DNA from: an uncultured Myxococcales bacterium
GTDB lineage: Bacteria; Myxococcota_A; Polyangia; Palsa-1104; JAEUJZ01
Length of the DNA: 64,000 bases
Direction of reading: 5' to 3'
NCBI GenBank assembly: GCA_964437195.1
Contig: CAYTGC010000002.1
Coordinates: forward strand, 7,925-71,924
A program made the position numbers and the translations under genes. Shown here piece after piece: positions 50,763 through 60,984 of the stretch. Position 1 is the first letter of the stretch; each line of letters begins with the position of its first letter. Under the pieces are notes generated by a model. The model was not told the origin of the DNA. It did not search any database and saw only the letters and a program-made list of their open reading frames with translations.

Positions 50763-52340
50763 ATGTCGGATGTGAACAATCCAGATCGAGAAGCCGCGGC
50801 AACGCAGACGCTAGATGGCGGATGGTTCCGTCGGGAAAGAGAACGGATCGCAGTCGGACGGAAGGGAATCGCGCTTCGTTTGGGAACCACTGAAAGCAAA
50901 GTGGCGACCCTGGAGATGCGCAAACAGGACGTTCCCAGCGAGTGGTTCGGAGTGCTCCGCGATCTGGGTTTTCGTATGCCAGAGAGCGTCTCCGTGGGCT
51001 CTGTGGCATCGGGAGTCGTGGTCCACGACGTCGCTGCTTCAGGGGCTTCGGCTTCCAATGGCGAGCGTGTGACGGCGGCAGCTCCGCCCGCTGTGGTGGT
51101 CGCCGAGATTGCAGACCCTGGCACTGTGGACAACGCTCCTTTTGTGGAGGTCGTCGCTGCCGAGGTCATTGACAAGACGACTCCCCCTGCTTCCGCTGTT
51201 GCTTCCGCCCAAGTGGAGGTCGTGGCCGCGGAGGTCGTGGTGACTCCAGAGGCGTCGAAGGAAGAAAAGCAAACGGACGCTCCGGTTGCGACGAACCCGA
51301 CGGAATCTGTCGACCATGCCGTCCCAGCGGATGCGCAGTCAATTGCGGGACCACGCAAGGCGACAGAGACGAAGTCTTCCGACCACACACCATTTCATGG
51401 CCACTGGCTGCGTGAGCGTCGTCGGGAAAAAGGCATCCAGACGAGCGAGATGGTCAAGAAGCTGTCCACACTTCCGGCTGATCTCTATACGCTGGAGCGG
51501 CACAACATTCGGCTCCCATTGCGCTGGATTCCGGGGCTGTTGAAACTGGGAATGCTCACGGTTGATGAAGCGAAGGTCGCGACCCGGCTTCCTCCCAACC
51601 GTCTCACAGCGATGAACGGCCTTTGGCTGCGCAAGCAGCGCAGTCTGAGCAAGCTGTCTCCACTGGACGTTGCGGATAGGCTCGGCGTGAGTGCGCTTGA
51701 TGTACGTCTCATCGAGGCTCGGTCGTGGCCGCTGCCGGTGGAGTGGTTTCCGGCGCTCAAAGCGCTTTTCTCACCCGCCGAGGTTGGGAATCAAAAGGAA
51801 CCTTCATCGCCCAAAGCCACAAGCAGCACTGCGCAAAAGAGCAAGGCCGCTGCCGCTGTACCCACTGCAAGTGATGCGAAGCCGAAGGCGGGTGTGGCTG
51901 CGAGCAAGCCCGCGGACAAGACCGCTGCGAAGGCAGGAGACAAAGCCGGAAGCAAGGCCGTGGTGGCGAAGGCTGGGACCAAGCCGTCTGCTGGCAGTGC
52001 CAAGGCGGCAGAGCCGAAACCCGCAGACAAGAAACCAGCACCATCCACCAAGAGTGCGCCGTCCAAGAAGAGTGCCAAGGCTCCGGTGAAGAGTGCCAAG
52101 GCCACAAAAAAGCCAGCAGCAAAGCCTGTCGCCAAAGCGCCCAGTACGTCGGCTGCTTCTCCTACACCGACGCTCACCGAGACCATCGTGAGCTATCGGC
52201 TGATGCTGGGTGAGCAAGCCGGTCAGTCCGCTGTCGATGTGCTCGCGCAGATTGCTGCAGACCTGCAGCTCGCAAAGAGCAAGACCTCGCTAACCTACGA
52301 GCGACTTCGCGCGGCGATGAAGCTCCTCTGCGGTCGATAA
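50763..52340 (+). CDS. Protein with three tandem HTH-like modules and a long Ala/Lys/Pro-rich histone-H1-like tail; probable nucleoid-associated/DNA-binding protein
   Basis: GAGGT RBS. Three ~80-aa repeats each carry W(F/L)RxxRxxxGxxxxxxAxxLG....LExxxxxLPxxW. A ~180-aa AKP-rich tail follows (KPADKTAAKAGDKAGSKAVVAKAGTKPSAGSAKAAEPKPADKKPAPSTKSAPSKKSAKAPVKSAKATKKPAAKPVAKAP). A conserved C-terminal helix is present. Confidence 0.6.
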   Translation: MSDVNNPDREAAATQTLDGGWFRRERERIAVGRKGIALRLGTTESKVATLEMRKQDVPSEWFGVLRDLGFRMPESVSVGSVASGVVVHDVAASGASASNGERVTAAAPPAVVVAEIADPGTVDNAPFVEVVAAEVIDKTTPPASAVASAQVEVVAAEVVVTPEASKEEKQTDAPVATNPTESVDHAVPADAQSIAGPRKATETKSSDHTPFHGHWLRERRREKGIQTSEMVKKLSTLPADLYTLERHNIRLPLRWIPGLLKLGMLTVDEAKVATRLPPNRLTAMNGLWLRKQRSLSKLSPLDVADRLGVSALDVRLIEARSWPLPVEWFPALKALFSPAEVGNQKEPSSPKATSSTAQKSKAAAAVPTASDAKPKAGVAASKPADKTAAKAGDKAGSKAVVAKAGTKPSAGSAKAAEPKPADKKPAPSTKSAPSKKSAKAPVKSAKATKKPAAKPVAKAPSTSAASPTPTLTETIVSYRLMLGEQAGQSAVDVLAQIAADLQLAKSKTSLTYERLRAAMKLLCGR

Positions 52341-52370
52341 GTACCAATCCAAACGGCACCAATCCAGACA

Positions 52371-52415
52371 GTCAATATGAGGAGTTTAAAATGCCTCATA
52401 TTGACTTCTTGATTT
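52371..52415 (+). terminator. Rho-independent terminator-like hairpin between convergent genes
   Basis: Perfect 12-bp inverted repeat GTCAATATGAGG-(11 nt loop)-CCTCATATTGAC. It is followed by TTCTTGATTT. Confidence 0.6.
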
Positions 52416-52430
52416 GAGAGCGCGCGAAGC

Positions 52431-53240
52431 CTAGTTGTCCTTACGCCCGACCACCAACAGAAATCCGCCGAGCCGACGTACACCGGGAAGGACGGCAGCC
52501 TGTCGCTCGACAATGCGTAGCGCGGGACCAACCAGCGGCCAGCGATGGGCCTGCGAAAACGGGGTCACAACGCGAATACCGTGCACCGTCTCTACCCGGA
52601 TTTGCGGAGGCAGGTACGAGCGAATCTGCGGCAAGGAATCGTAGCGGGTGTAGACCGCCTCATCGTTTATGTCTTCGGCAATCGCCGTCGGACGCTTGAG
52701 CCGCTTGATGAGGTAACGCAGCGACAGCGTGTTGTAAAACTCGGCCAGCAGGTATCCACCCGGACGAAGCACGCGGGCCATTTCCCGCATCGTCTGCTCG
52801 ATCGGCTCGACGTGGGCCAGCACCTTGAACGAACACACAATGTCGAAGGATGCGTCAGCGAACGGCAACTCACTGACGGAGCCTTGTACGACTTGTAGGC
52901 TGCGCGACGAGGCGCGTCTTAGCATTCCCGAGGAAAGATCCACCCCAACGGCGACTTTGGCGTGTGGGGTCAGGCGGTTCAAGATGAGCCCTGTGCCACA
53001 GCCAGCTTCGAGGAGCCGCGTCTCTTTGGTCATGTAGCGTCCGACCAGTTCGCACGTCAGCTCGTCGATAAATGCGTGGTAGCCCTCATGGCGGTGGCGC
53101 TCGTAAGTGGCTGAAAACTCATCGTAATAGTGCTTGTTGCGAAGCTTGCTCACAGCCCTTGTTTGTACTCCGCCGAGCAGCCCAGAATCCACCCCGAAAA
53201 TCAGTAAGCGGCTGCGCCCTTTCCTTGGCGCTCGTTCCAC
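52431..53240 (-). CDS. Class I SAM-dependent methyltransferase
   Basis: Motif I LEAGCGTGL. Post-I acidic and Methyltransf_11-type blocks (FDIVCSFKVLAHV; LRPGGYLL) are present. A GTG start near 53240 was chosen. The ORF-track N-terminal extension is antisense to the next gene's signal region. Confidence 0.75.
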   Translation of the reverse strand: MERAPRKGRSRLLIFGVDSGLLGGVQTRAVSKLRNKHYYDEFSATYERHRHEGYHAFIDELTCELVGRYMTKETRLLEAGCGTGLILNRLTPHAKVAVGVDLSSGMLRRASSRSLQVVQGSVSELPFADASFDIVCSFKVLAHVEPIEQTMREMARVLRPGGYLLAEFYNTLSLRYLIKRLKRPTAIAEDINDEAVYTRYDSLPQIRSYLPPQIRVETVHGIRVVTPFSQAHRWPLVGPALRIVERQAAVLPGVRRLGGFLLVVGRKDN

Positions 53241-53274
53241 GATACACTTTGCTGCCCCCTGGTTGAGTCCGGGG

Positions 53275-54903
53275 ATGGAACTTTCGCCCTTGAGTCTTCC
53301 CGTGTCTGACCCAGCTGCACTACGCCCGTCTCGGAGCCCGACTTGGTCGGCAAGCCTTGCGACGATCGGTGTGTTTTCTGTGCTTGCGAGCCCGCTGCTT
53401 TCGGCGGCGCTTTTGCTGGGCGGCGAAGGGCACGCTGACGCCAAAAAAGGCAAGGCGAAGCTTACCGACAAGCGCAAGCTGAAGAACGACAAAAACCAGC
53501 AGCCACCAGCGCAGGCGGCACCGGTGCAAGCGGCTTCCAATGGGCCACTCGCGGCGGTGCGTCTGGCCTGTGATCTTGGCTCGTCGAGTGCGCTTTGCGA
53601 GACGGCTTTTCAGGCGGCGAGCCAAGCAGCATCGAAAAAATACACACTGGTCGATTCTGCCAAGCTGGAAGCGCTGTTTTCTCGCGAGCCGTCGCTGCGT
53701 GGGTGTCGCAATGATTCGTGTCGCAGCGCGATCGCCGAGCAGCTTGGTCTTCTGCGACTCATTGATGTGATTGTTCACTCACCGAGGCAGAAAGACTTGG
53801 TTGCGTCGGTGTCGGTCTTTGATCCAGCGGCGAGAGGCATTGCCGCCGACGTCGAGCGGGAGTCCAAGCGTGATCCGGCCAAGCTCGAGATCACCATCGG
53901 CGATGCCGTCGAGCAAGTCATTGCTACCCAGCGACTGACCGCGCAGCTTCGACTCGACGTCAGGCCATCTGATGCCAAGGTCAAGATCATCGACAGCCGT
54001 GGCAGCGCCCGTGACATCGCGGAGCCCGAGCGAACGGGACGGTCGCCGATTCGCTTGTTCCTGGGTGGTTATACCGTTCACGTCGAAAAGCCCGGTTTTT
54101 TGGCGCAGGACGTCCCTGTCACCGTCGCACAGACCGGCGCTTCGCTTCAGATCGAGCTGCAGCTTCGGCCTATCGAGGTCCGCTTCGAGTGGTCGCCAAA
54201 AGAGGCGGTCGTGCGCGTCGACAACCGTCCGGTGAGCGCTGGCTATCCGGTGATGGAGCTGTCCGAAGGTCCGCACCGCGTCGAGGTGTTGGCGCCTGCC
54301 GGTCAGCCATATGAGTCGATGGTGCAGGATATCGAAGTGCGGCGTGACATGGAGCCGGTGCGGCTTTTGCTCCAGCGTCTGACGGAGCTGCGGGTGCAGG
54401 CGCCGCGCGGCTATTCGGTCAGCGTCGATAGCCAGATTTTGCCGCCGGAGCGGTTTGTCCAAAAAGATCAGCAGATTGAAACGTCCCACAAGACCACACC
54501 CGGTCTGCATCTGCTGACGGCGACGAGCTTTCGTGGTCTGCGCCTGACTCGGTATGTGGAGGTGCGACCCGGAAGCAGTGCAGATGCGGTGATTCGTCCG
54601 CCGGCGCTCTGGCCTGGCGCGCTACTTATGACCACTGGACTGCTGACGGCTGGGGCGGGCATTGGTCTGTATTTCTTCGACGGGCGCTGCACCGACCCAG
54701 ATTGCTTTTTTGTCACCAACTACGCTCCGGCGAGTTACGCGATGATGGCCGTCGGTGGCGCTGCATTCGTTTCTGGCCTGATCTGGCTTTCACACAACGC
54801 CGCGCACCATCCTCGGTTCTACAGTCCGAAAAGCCAGCGCGTTTCGATCGTGCCCAGTCTTGCGCCCCGCTACTCCGGGGTACTCACCTCGATAAACTTC
54901 TGA
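53275..54903 (+). CDS. PEGA-domain protein with basic N-terminal region and C-terminal TM anchor
   Basis: Signal/TM at start. Repeated PEGA-like beta modules (YTVHVEKPGF...; VEVLAPAGQPY). A C-terminal hydrophobic segment is present. Confidence 0.6.
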   Translation: MELSPLSLPVSDPAALRPSRSPTWSASLATIGVFSVLASPLLSAALLLGGEGHADAKKGKAKLTDKRKLKNDKNQQPPAQAAPVQAASNGPLAAVRLACDLGSSSALCETAFQAASQAASKKYTLVDSAKLEALFSREPSLRGCRNDSCRSAIAEQLGLLRLIDVIVHSPRQKDLVASVSVFDPAARGIAADVERESKRDPAKLEITIGDAVEQVIATQRLTAQLRLDVRPSDAKVKIIDSRGSARDIAEPERTGRSPIRLFLGGYTVHVEKPGFLAQDVPVTVAQTGASLQIELQLRPIEVRFEWSPKEAVVRVDNRPVSAGYPVMELSEGPHRVEVLAPAGQPYESMVQDIEVRRDMEPVRLLLQRLTELRVQAPRGYSVSVDSQILPPERFVQKDQQIETSHKTTPGLHLLTATSFRGLRLTRYVEVRPGSSADAVIRPPALWPGALLMTTGLLTAGAGIGLYFFDGRCTDPDCFFVTNYAPASYAMMAVGGAAFVSGLIWLSHNAAHHPRFYSPKSQRVSIVPSLAPRYSGVLTSINF

Positions 54904-54941
54904 TACGGTTCCGCCGCTTCTCGCGTCATTAAGGAGTGGCC

Positions 54942-56540
54942 ATGTCCGTCCGTCTCGCTCGTGCTGTGTTTGCGCTCCTTTTGGGTTTTGCTGTCGCTGG
55001 GTCCGGCTGTGTGGCTCCCGGCGAGACGTTGTGTGGTGACGATCTGGCCTGTAAATCCGGCGAGCAGTGCTTGCTGGTCGGAGACACCGCGGCCTGCCAC
55101 AAGAACTGCACGGGCACCAATGGTTGCGACGACAACTCTCCCTTGTGTGACAAAGCGCTCAAGGTCTGCCGTTCCTGCTTCCCGGGAGAAGACTCGCTGT
55201 GTGCAGCGCGCAGTGCGGCAACCCCGCGCTGTCTAGACGGCCTTTGCGTCGCTTGTCGTCCACCTGGGGATGTCGCGGCGGAAAGCAGCGAGTGCGGTGT
55301 GTCCTCGTCTGTGCTAAGCCCAAGTCCCATCTGTGACCCGCGCGGCTACAGATGTAGGCCCTGCCTTCGTCACAGCGAGTGCGCATCAGGCGTCTGCGTA
55401 AAAGACGGCAGCGACGCGGACTTTGGCATTCCTCGTGGTGCCTGCGTCCCGTTAAAGCAAGTGTTGGTTGTTGATCAGGACCTCTGTAGTGGCACCGGTC
55501 CCGCGTACTGTACGCTGCGTCAGGCCGTCGCCAAGCTGGATAGCAGCCATCGCTACATCCTGCTCCGCAAAGGCGCTTCGGCGACGGATTTTAGCGACAT
55601 TCAGATCGGCGTGCAGTCGAGCCACAAAGGTCTCACGGTGCACATTGTCGGGCCGCTGGGCGACATTCCTCCCGAGACAGCAACAACGGACCCGCGCGCC
55701 GTCCTCGGTGGGGCGATGCTGAAAGACGGGCTCTCGGTGACGCAGTCGTCGGTGTACCTAGATGGGGTGTTCGTCCGCGGCAATCGCATCGGCGTCCTGT
55801 GCTCCGGGGCCGACGCCAAGCTGTTTGTGAACCGATCCTACTTTACGGGCAACGACACCGCGATGCTTACGTCGTCGAGCTGCAAGCTGACCGTCACCGA
55901 TAGCTGGCTTGGACGAGGTCCGAAGTCGAGCGTGTTTGGCGATGCCCTTGGCAACGTGCGTGGCATCGACGTGTCGGGCGGTGATTTTTCGATCACCAAT
56001 ACGGTTTTTGCCGACAACGGTGACTTCCGTCAGGACGGCTTTGGCGGCATCCGCATTCGTTCGCTGTCACCGAGCGTGCGTCGCTCGACTGTAGTGAACA
56101 GCACGCTGTATCAGCAGAGTGGTCTGCTCAAGAGCGGCAAGTATTTCACGTCGCTTATGTGCGATGTTCCCGTCGGGGATCGTGTGGTGCTGCTGAATAC
56201 GCTTTTTCTTGGGGACAAGGCGCTGCTCACCAGCCCGGAAGAACACTATGTGGATCCGTCATGCGGTGCGACGGTGAGCCACGTTGGCTCGAATGATCCG
56301 CTGCTAAGCGCAGGAAATTCGGTGGTCCTGCCGATGGAGGCCACGCCACTGCGAAATGCAGCGGCTCGCGATCTCCGTCTGCCGGCAACGCCCGGAGCGG
56401 AAGGTCCAGTGTTGCAAAACGGTGGGGTGTCGATGATCGAAGTGGCTGGCGAGCGGATTTTGGCGCCGAGCTTTGATCTCGATGGTCGGTCGCGTCCGAG
56501 CGGTACAGTTGCCATCGGCGCGTTTGAACCTGTGCCGTAG
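54942..56540 (+). CDS. Cys-rich-repeat lipoprotein with right-handed parallel beta-helix region
   Basis: LLGFAVAGSGC lipobox. ~150-aa N-terminal region with many CxxxC-type repeats. The downstream half has Gly/Asn/Ser/Val-rich beta-helix-like sequence. Confidence 0.55.
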   Translation: MSVRLARAVFALLLGFAVAGSGCVAPGETLCGDDLACKSGEQCLLVGDTAACHKNCTGTNGCDDNSPLCDKALKVCRSCFPGEDSLCAARSAATPRCLDGLCVACRPPGDVAAESSECGVSSSVLSPSPICDPRGYRCRPCLRHSECASGVCVKDGSDADFGIPRGACVPLKQVLVVDQDLCSGTGPAYCTLRQAVAKLDSSHRYILLRKGASATDFSDIQIGVQSSHKGLTVHIVGPLGDIPPETATTDPRAVLGGAMLKDGLSVTQSSVYLDGVFVRGNRIGVLCSGADAKLFVNRSYFTGNDTAMLTSSSCKLTVTDSWLGRGPKSSVFGDALGNVRGIDVSGGDFSITNTVFADNGDFRQDGFGGIRIRSLSPSVRRSTVVNSTLYQQSGLLKSGKYFTSLMCDVPVGDRVVLLNTLFLGDKALLTSPEEHYVDPSCGATVSHVGSNDPLLSAGNSVVLPMEATPLRNAAARDLRLPATPGAEGPVLQNGGVSMIEVAGERILAPSFDLDGRSRPSGTVAIGAFEPVP

Positions 56541-56559
56541 TCGGGATTCCGGACCGTGG

Positions 56560-59500
56560 CTACGGTGGAGGTTGGCTGGGGGCTCCGCCCGGAGTCAGGG
56601 GCGGTGTCAGCGTTCCGCGCGACAAGAGAACGCGCAGCAGAATGCGATACATCACGGGCAGAACGATGAGCGTCAGGAGTGCTGCCGACAAGGTTCCCCC
56701 GACGATGACCACCGCGATTGGACGCTGCGTTTCGGCCCCGATGGCCCGTGACAGCGCGGCTGGGATCAGACCGAGTGCTGCGAGTGCTGCGGTCATCAGC
56801 ACCGCTCGCAGCCGACTGTGACTGCCGGAAATGATGGCCTCGTCGAGCGGCTCGCCGTGTCGGCGGCGTTCTTCTATCGAGGACACCACGAGCACACCGT
56901 TTAGAGATGCCTGACCGACGAGCGCAATGAATCCCACCGCCGCCGCGATTGATACCGGCATATCGACCAGCCAAAGACCAATTGCTCCACCGACGAGCGC
57001 GAACGGCACATTGAGGAGCGTGAGGAGCGCCAGGGCCATCGAATCGAACGCCTTGAACAAGAGCGCCAGCGTCAAAAGAAGTGCCACTGGGACGACGAGC
57101 CGGAGCCGAGCCATCGAGCGCTCTTTGGACTCGAACTCACCACCCCAGTCGATGGTCATGCCGGACTTCAGCTTGACCTTGCTTGACACCGCCCGCTGCG
57201 CATCGAGCACGAAGCTGCCCAAGTCGCGGCCGCGCACGTTCATTCGCAGACCGATGTAGCGTCGTCCATTTTCGCGGTTGAGCGTCGCCCGCCCGTAGTC
57301 GACGTGAATCGTTGCGACGGCAGACAGTGGGACGAGCGCACCGCCTTTGGTCGGAATCCGCAGCGCCGAGATCTTCTCGATTGTGTCGCGCGCAGCCTCG
57401 GGAAGCCGGAGCACGACATCGAAGTTGCGCTCTCCTTCCCACAGTGTTCCGACGGGACTTCCTCCAAGCGCGACGGTGATAAAGTGCTGCACGTCAGCCA
57501 TCGTCAGACCGAATCGCCCGAGAAGCTCTCGTCGAGGTTTGATCTGAAGCTGCGGCACTGGTGCGCTCTTGACGATGCCCAGGTCCGACACGCCGCGCAC
57601 TTCGGAAATGGCCGCCAGCGCCACCTCTGCCGTCGCTTGCAGTTCTTTCATGTCGTGGTGGTAAATCTTGAGCGCAATCTGGCCCATCTGGCCGTAGATG
57701 TTTTCGTTGACGTTGTCTCGAATCGGCTGCGAAAAGTTCACCGACAGACCGGGGACCACGGCCAGCGCTCGGTGCATTTTCTCAATCAGCGTGCCGAGGC
57801 TGGGCGTGTTCTTTGGCCAAGTGTCCATCGGGTGCAGTTTTACAAAGAACTCGAGGTTGCTCGGCAGCGCGGCGTCGGTGCCATCTTCGGGACGACCGAG
57901 CTGAGAAGACAGCGACTCCACTTGCGGGAAGCCCTCTAGAAGCGTCGTCAGCTTGGGCACGAGCCGTCGGCCTTCATCGAGAGACACATTCGACGGCAGC
58001 GTAAAGGTCAAGTACAGCGCGCCTTCGTTTAGCTCGGGAAGAAACTCACTGCCGCGATTGACCAAAATGAATCCGGCCAGAACCAGCGACGTGAGCGCCG
58101 TACCAATCACCAAAACCGGCCTACGCAGGGCGCCGCGCAGCGTCGGTAGATAGATGGCCTCGGCAGCTTTTAGCACTGGCGACTCGCGGTGGGTTGCGCC
58201 TCTGCGATAGGCCAGCGTCGCCAGCACCGGCACCAGCGTCACAGAAAACAGCAGGCTCCCGAGCAGGGCCGATACCACGGTATGCGCCATCGGTGAGAAA
58301 ATTCGACCCTCGACGCGCTGAAGCAAAAAGATCGGCAGGTACGCAGCGCTGATGATGAGCAGCGCGAAGATTGTCGGACGGGCCACTTGCCGCACCGCCC
58401 AGCTGATTCGTTCGACGTTGTCATCTGGCGCGTCTTTGGGCGGATGCTGGAGCGTGGTGACGATGTGCTCGATGATTACGACTGCCCCGTCGACAATGAC
58501 ACCGAAGTCGACCGCTCCCATCGACAGAAGGTTCGCCGACATGCCGCGCGTATACAGATAAATGAACGCGACGCACAGCGACAAGGGAATCGTCGTCGCG
58601 ACAATCAACGCTGCTTTGATGTCGAGGAGGAACACCAGAAGGACAATCAGCACCAACACCGCGCCTTCGACGAGATTGCGGCCCACCGTCTCGAGTGTTT
58701 TGTTGATGAGTTCGGTGCGGTCGTAAAACGGCCAGACGCGGACATTTTCCGGCAGCGCGCGGCCATTGATGTCGTCGATCTTGGCGCGGACGCGGGCGAG
58801 CACTGCCGACGGATTTTCGCCCCGACGCATGAGGACAATGCCTTCGACGGCGTCGGTGTCGTGGCTCCGGCTGTAGATGCCCTGTCGCGGCGTCCAGCCG
58901 TCTTCGACCGAGGCCACATCTTTTACCAAGATTGGCGTCCCGCCGCGCGTCGTCACGGCGACTTTGGCAATGTCGAGAGGACTTGCAAACAGTCCCTCGC
59001 TGCGGATGATGAGCTGCTCGGTTCCTCGCACCAGGACTCCGCCTGAGGCATTGACCGACGCACCTTGCAGCGCGTCTTCCAGATCTCGCAACGTCAGACC
59101 CTTGGCGGCGAGAAGTGCGGGGTCGGCGCGGACGTGAACTTCGCGGACCAGGCCACCATAGCTTACGACGTCAGCGACGCCATCAACCTGCAGGATACGC
59201 GGCCTGACCACCCAGTCTTGCAGCGTCCGCAGAAGCAGTGGATCGCCCTGGAGCGTCTCGCCTTGCTTTCCAACCGAGCGGAGCGAATAGCGGTAGATTT
59301 CACCAATCGGCGTCGACAGTGAGCCGAGCTGTGGCGTCACGCCCGGCGGCAGTTCGGCGAGCCGCAGTCTTTCGAGCGTCTGGCTGCGCGCAAACAGCAC
59401 ATCGACACCGTCGGCAAAAGTCAGGGTGACAAACGACAGACCGAATAGGTTTAGGCTGCGGACTTTCACCAGGCCGAACGTTCCGTTCACCGCTCGCTCA

Positions 59501-59706
59501 ATCGGAATGGAAACCTGGCGTTCCAGCTCCTCGGCGGGCTGACCCGGATACAGTGAGATGATGTTGACCTGCGTGTCGGTCGGATCGGGGAAAGCCTCGA
59601 TGGTCAGCTCGCGGAATGCAAACAGACCCCACAAAAGACACAGCAGCGTGGCAATCAAGACGGCGGCCCGGCTTTGCAGCGCGGCGCGAATCAGTGCGGA
59701 AAACAT
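56560..59706 (-). CDS. czcA: Heavy-metal-efflux (HME) RND transporter, CzcA/CusA family
   Basis: 1048 aa with 12 TM helices and two large periplasmic loops. CzcA-type N-terminus. Confidence 0.9.
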   Translation of the reverse strand: MFSALIRAALQSRAAVLIATLLCLLWGLFAFRELTIEAFPDPTDTQVNIISLYPGQPAEELERQVSIPIERAVNGTFGLVKVRSLNLFGLSFVTLTFADGVDVLFARSQTLERLRLAELPPGVTPQLGSLSTPIGEIYRYSLRSVGKQGETLQGDPLLLRTLQDWVVRPRILQVDGVADVVSYGGLVREVHVRADPALLAAKGLTLRDLEDALQGASVNASGGVLVRGTEQLIIRSEGLFASPLDIAKVAVTTRGGTPILVKDVASVEDGWTPRQGIYSRSHDTDAVEGIVLMRRGENPSAVLARVRAKIDDINGRALPENVRVWPFYDRTELINKTLETVGRNLVEGAVLVLIVLLVFLLDIKAALIVATTIPLSLCVAFIYLYTRGMSANLLSMGAVDFGVIVDGAVVIIEHIVTTLQHPPKDAPDDNVERISWAVRQVARPTIFALLIISAAYLPIFLLQRVEGRIFSPMAHTVVSALLGSLLFSVTLVPVLATLAYRRGATHRESPVLKAAEAIYLPTLRGALRRPVLVIGTALTSLVLAGFILVNRGSEFLPELNEGALYLTFTLPSNVSLDEGRRLVPKLTTLLEGFPQVESLSSQLGRPEDGTDAALPSNLEFFVKLHPMDTWPKNTPSLGTLIEKMHRALAVVPGLSVNFSQPIRDNVNENIYGQMGQIALKIYHHDMKELQATAEVALAAISEVRGVSDLGIVKSAPVPQLQIKPRRELLGRFGLTMADVQHFITVALGGSPVGTLWEGERNFDVVLRLPEAARDTIEKISALRIPTKGGALVPLSAVATIHVDYGRATLNRENGRRYIGLRMNVRGRDLGSFVLDAQRAVSSKVKLKSGMTIDWGGEFESKERSMARLRLVVPVALLLTLALLFKAFDSMALALLTLLNVPFALVGGAIGLWLVDMPVSIAAAVGFIALVGQASLNGVLVVSSIEERRRHGEPLDEAIISGSHSRLRAVLMTAALAALGLIPAALSRAIGAETQRPIAVVIVGGTLSAALLTLIVLPVMYRILLRVLLSRGTLTPPLTPGGAPSQPPP

Positions 59707-59709
59707 CGC

Positions 59710-60984
59710 CTAGTCCTCCATATCGAGCGCGTTGAGGAGGAGCAGCGCGCCGCGGACCACGATTCGGTCGCCAGCTTTTAGACCAGCGCGAACTTCTGTC
59801 TGGCCACTGCGCTGACGACCAATCGTCACCTCGGTTCTCCGAAAGTGACCGGGCGCAGTCTGCACAAACACCACCGAGTCAAGACCATCGCTGACGATGC
59901 TGGCGGACGGTACCCGAAGCACCGACGGTGACTTGGTCGGGCTCTTGCCGAAGTGCGCTTCAACAAACGCATTGGGGCGCAGTCTTCCCGACGGATTTTT
60001 GGCGCGGATGCGAATCGGAATGGTCTGACGATCCATGTCCACCACTTGCGAGATGTTCTCGACTTGGCCGCTGCCGAGGCTGTCGTTGTCACCAGGAATG
60101 CGGATATCGACCGGATCTCCGACGTGAAGGTTTCCTACATCTGGCTGCGCGACATCAGCCAGGACCAGCACTTCTTCCAAGTCCGCAAGGGTCACGACCG
60201 GACGATCTTTGCCTGGACCAACCTGTTGTCCCGTCGCTGAATCCACTTGGATGACGGTGCCCGCCCGCGGCGCAAGCAGCCAGTAGCGGTTGTCTGCATC
60301 CGGCGCGATCGTCATCGACTTGAGCCGAGAGTCCGCGGTCTGGGCCTGCAGCTCCGCATCGCGCAGATCATTTTTTGCGACCAGCAGATCATTGGCCGAC
60401 GCACCGCGCGCTTCGACGAGCACCTGCATTCGCTCAGCCAGCGCTTTTTTTGTCTGCGCCAAGGCCGCCGATGCCCGAAGCTCGCGCAGAAGTGTCGCCA
60501 TGTCGCCGGACCGAATCAAAGCCAGCTTGGCCCCCGCTTCGACGTGATCGCCGAGCTTTACCGCAACGTGATCGAGTCGGCCTTCCAGCGGTGCATAGCT
60601 TGGTGCGGTGCGGGACTCGACGGCGGCGATGCGCGCGGTGATCGGCGGCAGCGGCAGTGGTTCACCGAGAGAAACCTCGCCGGTCTCAAACGGAATGGGC
60701 TGTGGCGCGCCTTCACTGAGCACGATTTCGGTCTTGGTCAGCCGGAACGGTGGCGGCTCGGTCCTGCTTTGATGCTGGCTTTTGACGGTCTGCCAAATGC
60801 CAAACCCGAGCGTTGCCGTCAGGGCTCCAGCGACAAAGCCAATCATCAGGTTGTTTCGTCCGCTCCCGCTTGGCAGCTGTGGATCCGACTCAGATGGCTC
60901 CTCACTGGATGCCTCGGCGCTGGCTTCGTGGTCCAGCTCGTCATCGTTTGAGGGCGGCGACTGCCGTGAGACACGCTTACTCAT
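59710..60984 (-). CDS. RND efflux periplasmic adaptor (membrane fusion protein)
   Basis: HlyD/CzcB-like biotinyl-lipoyl and beta-barrel regions. It overlaps the upstream TolC-like gene end. Confidence 0.85.
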   Translation of the reverse strand: MSKRVSRQSPPSNDDELDHEASAEASSEEPSESDPQLPSGSGRNNLMIGFVAGALTATLGFGIWQTVKSQHQSRTEPPPFRLTKTEIVLSEGAPQPIPFETGEVSLGEPLPLPPITARIAAVESRTAPSYAPLEGRLDHVAVKLGDHVEAGAKLALIRSGDMATLLRELRASAALAQTKKALAERMQVLVEARGASANDLLVAKNDLRDAELQAQTADSRLKSMTIAPDADNRYWLLAPRAGTVIQVDSATGQQVGPGKDRPVVTLADLEEVLVLADVAQPDVGNLHVGDPVDIRIPGDNDSLGSGQVENISQVVDMDRQTIPIRIRAKNPSGRLRPNAFVEAHFGKSPTKSPSVLRVPSASIVSDGLDSVVFVQTAPGHFRRTEVTIGRQRSGQTEVRAGLKAGDRIVVRGALLLLNALDMED

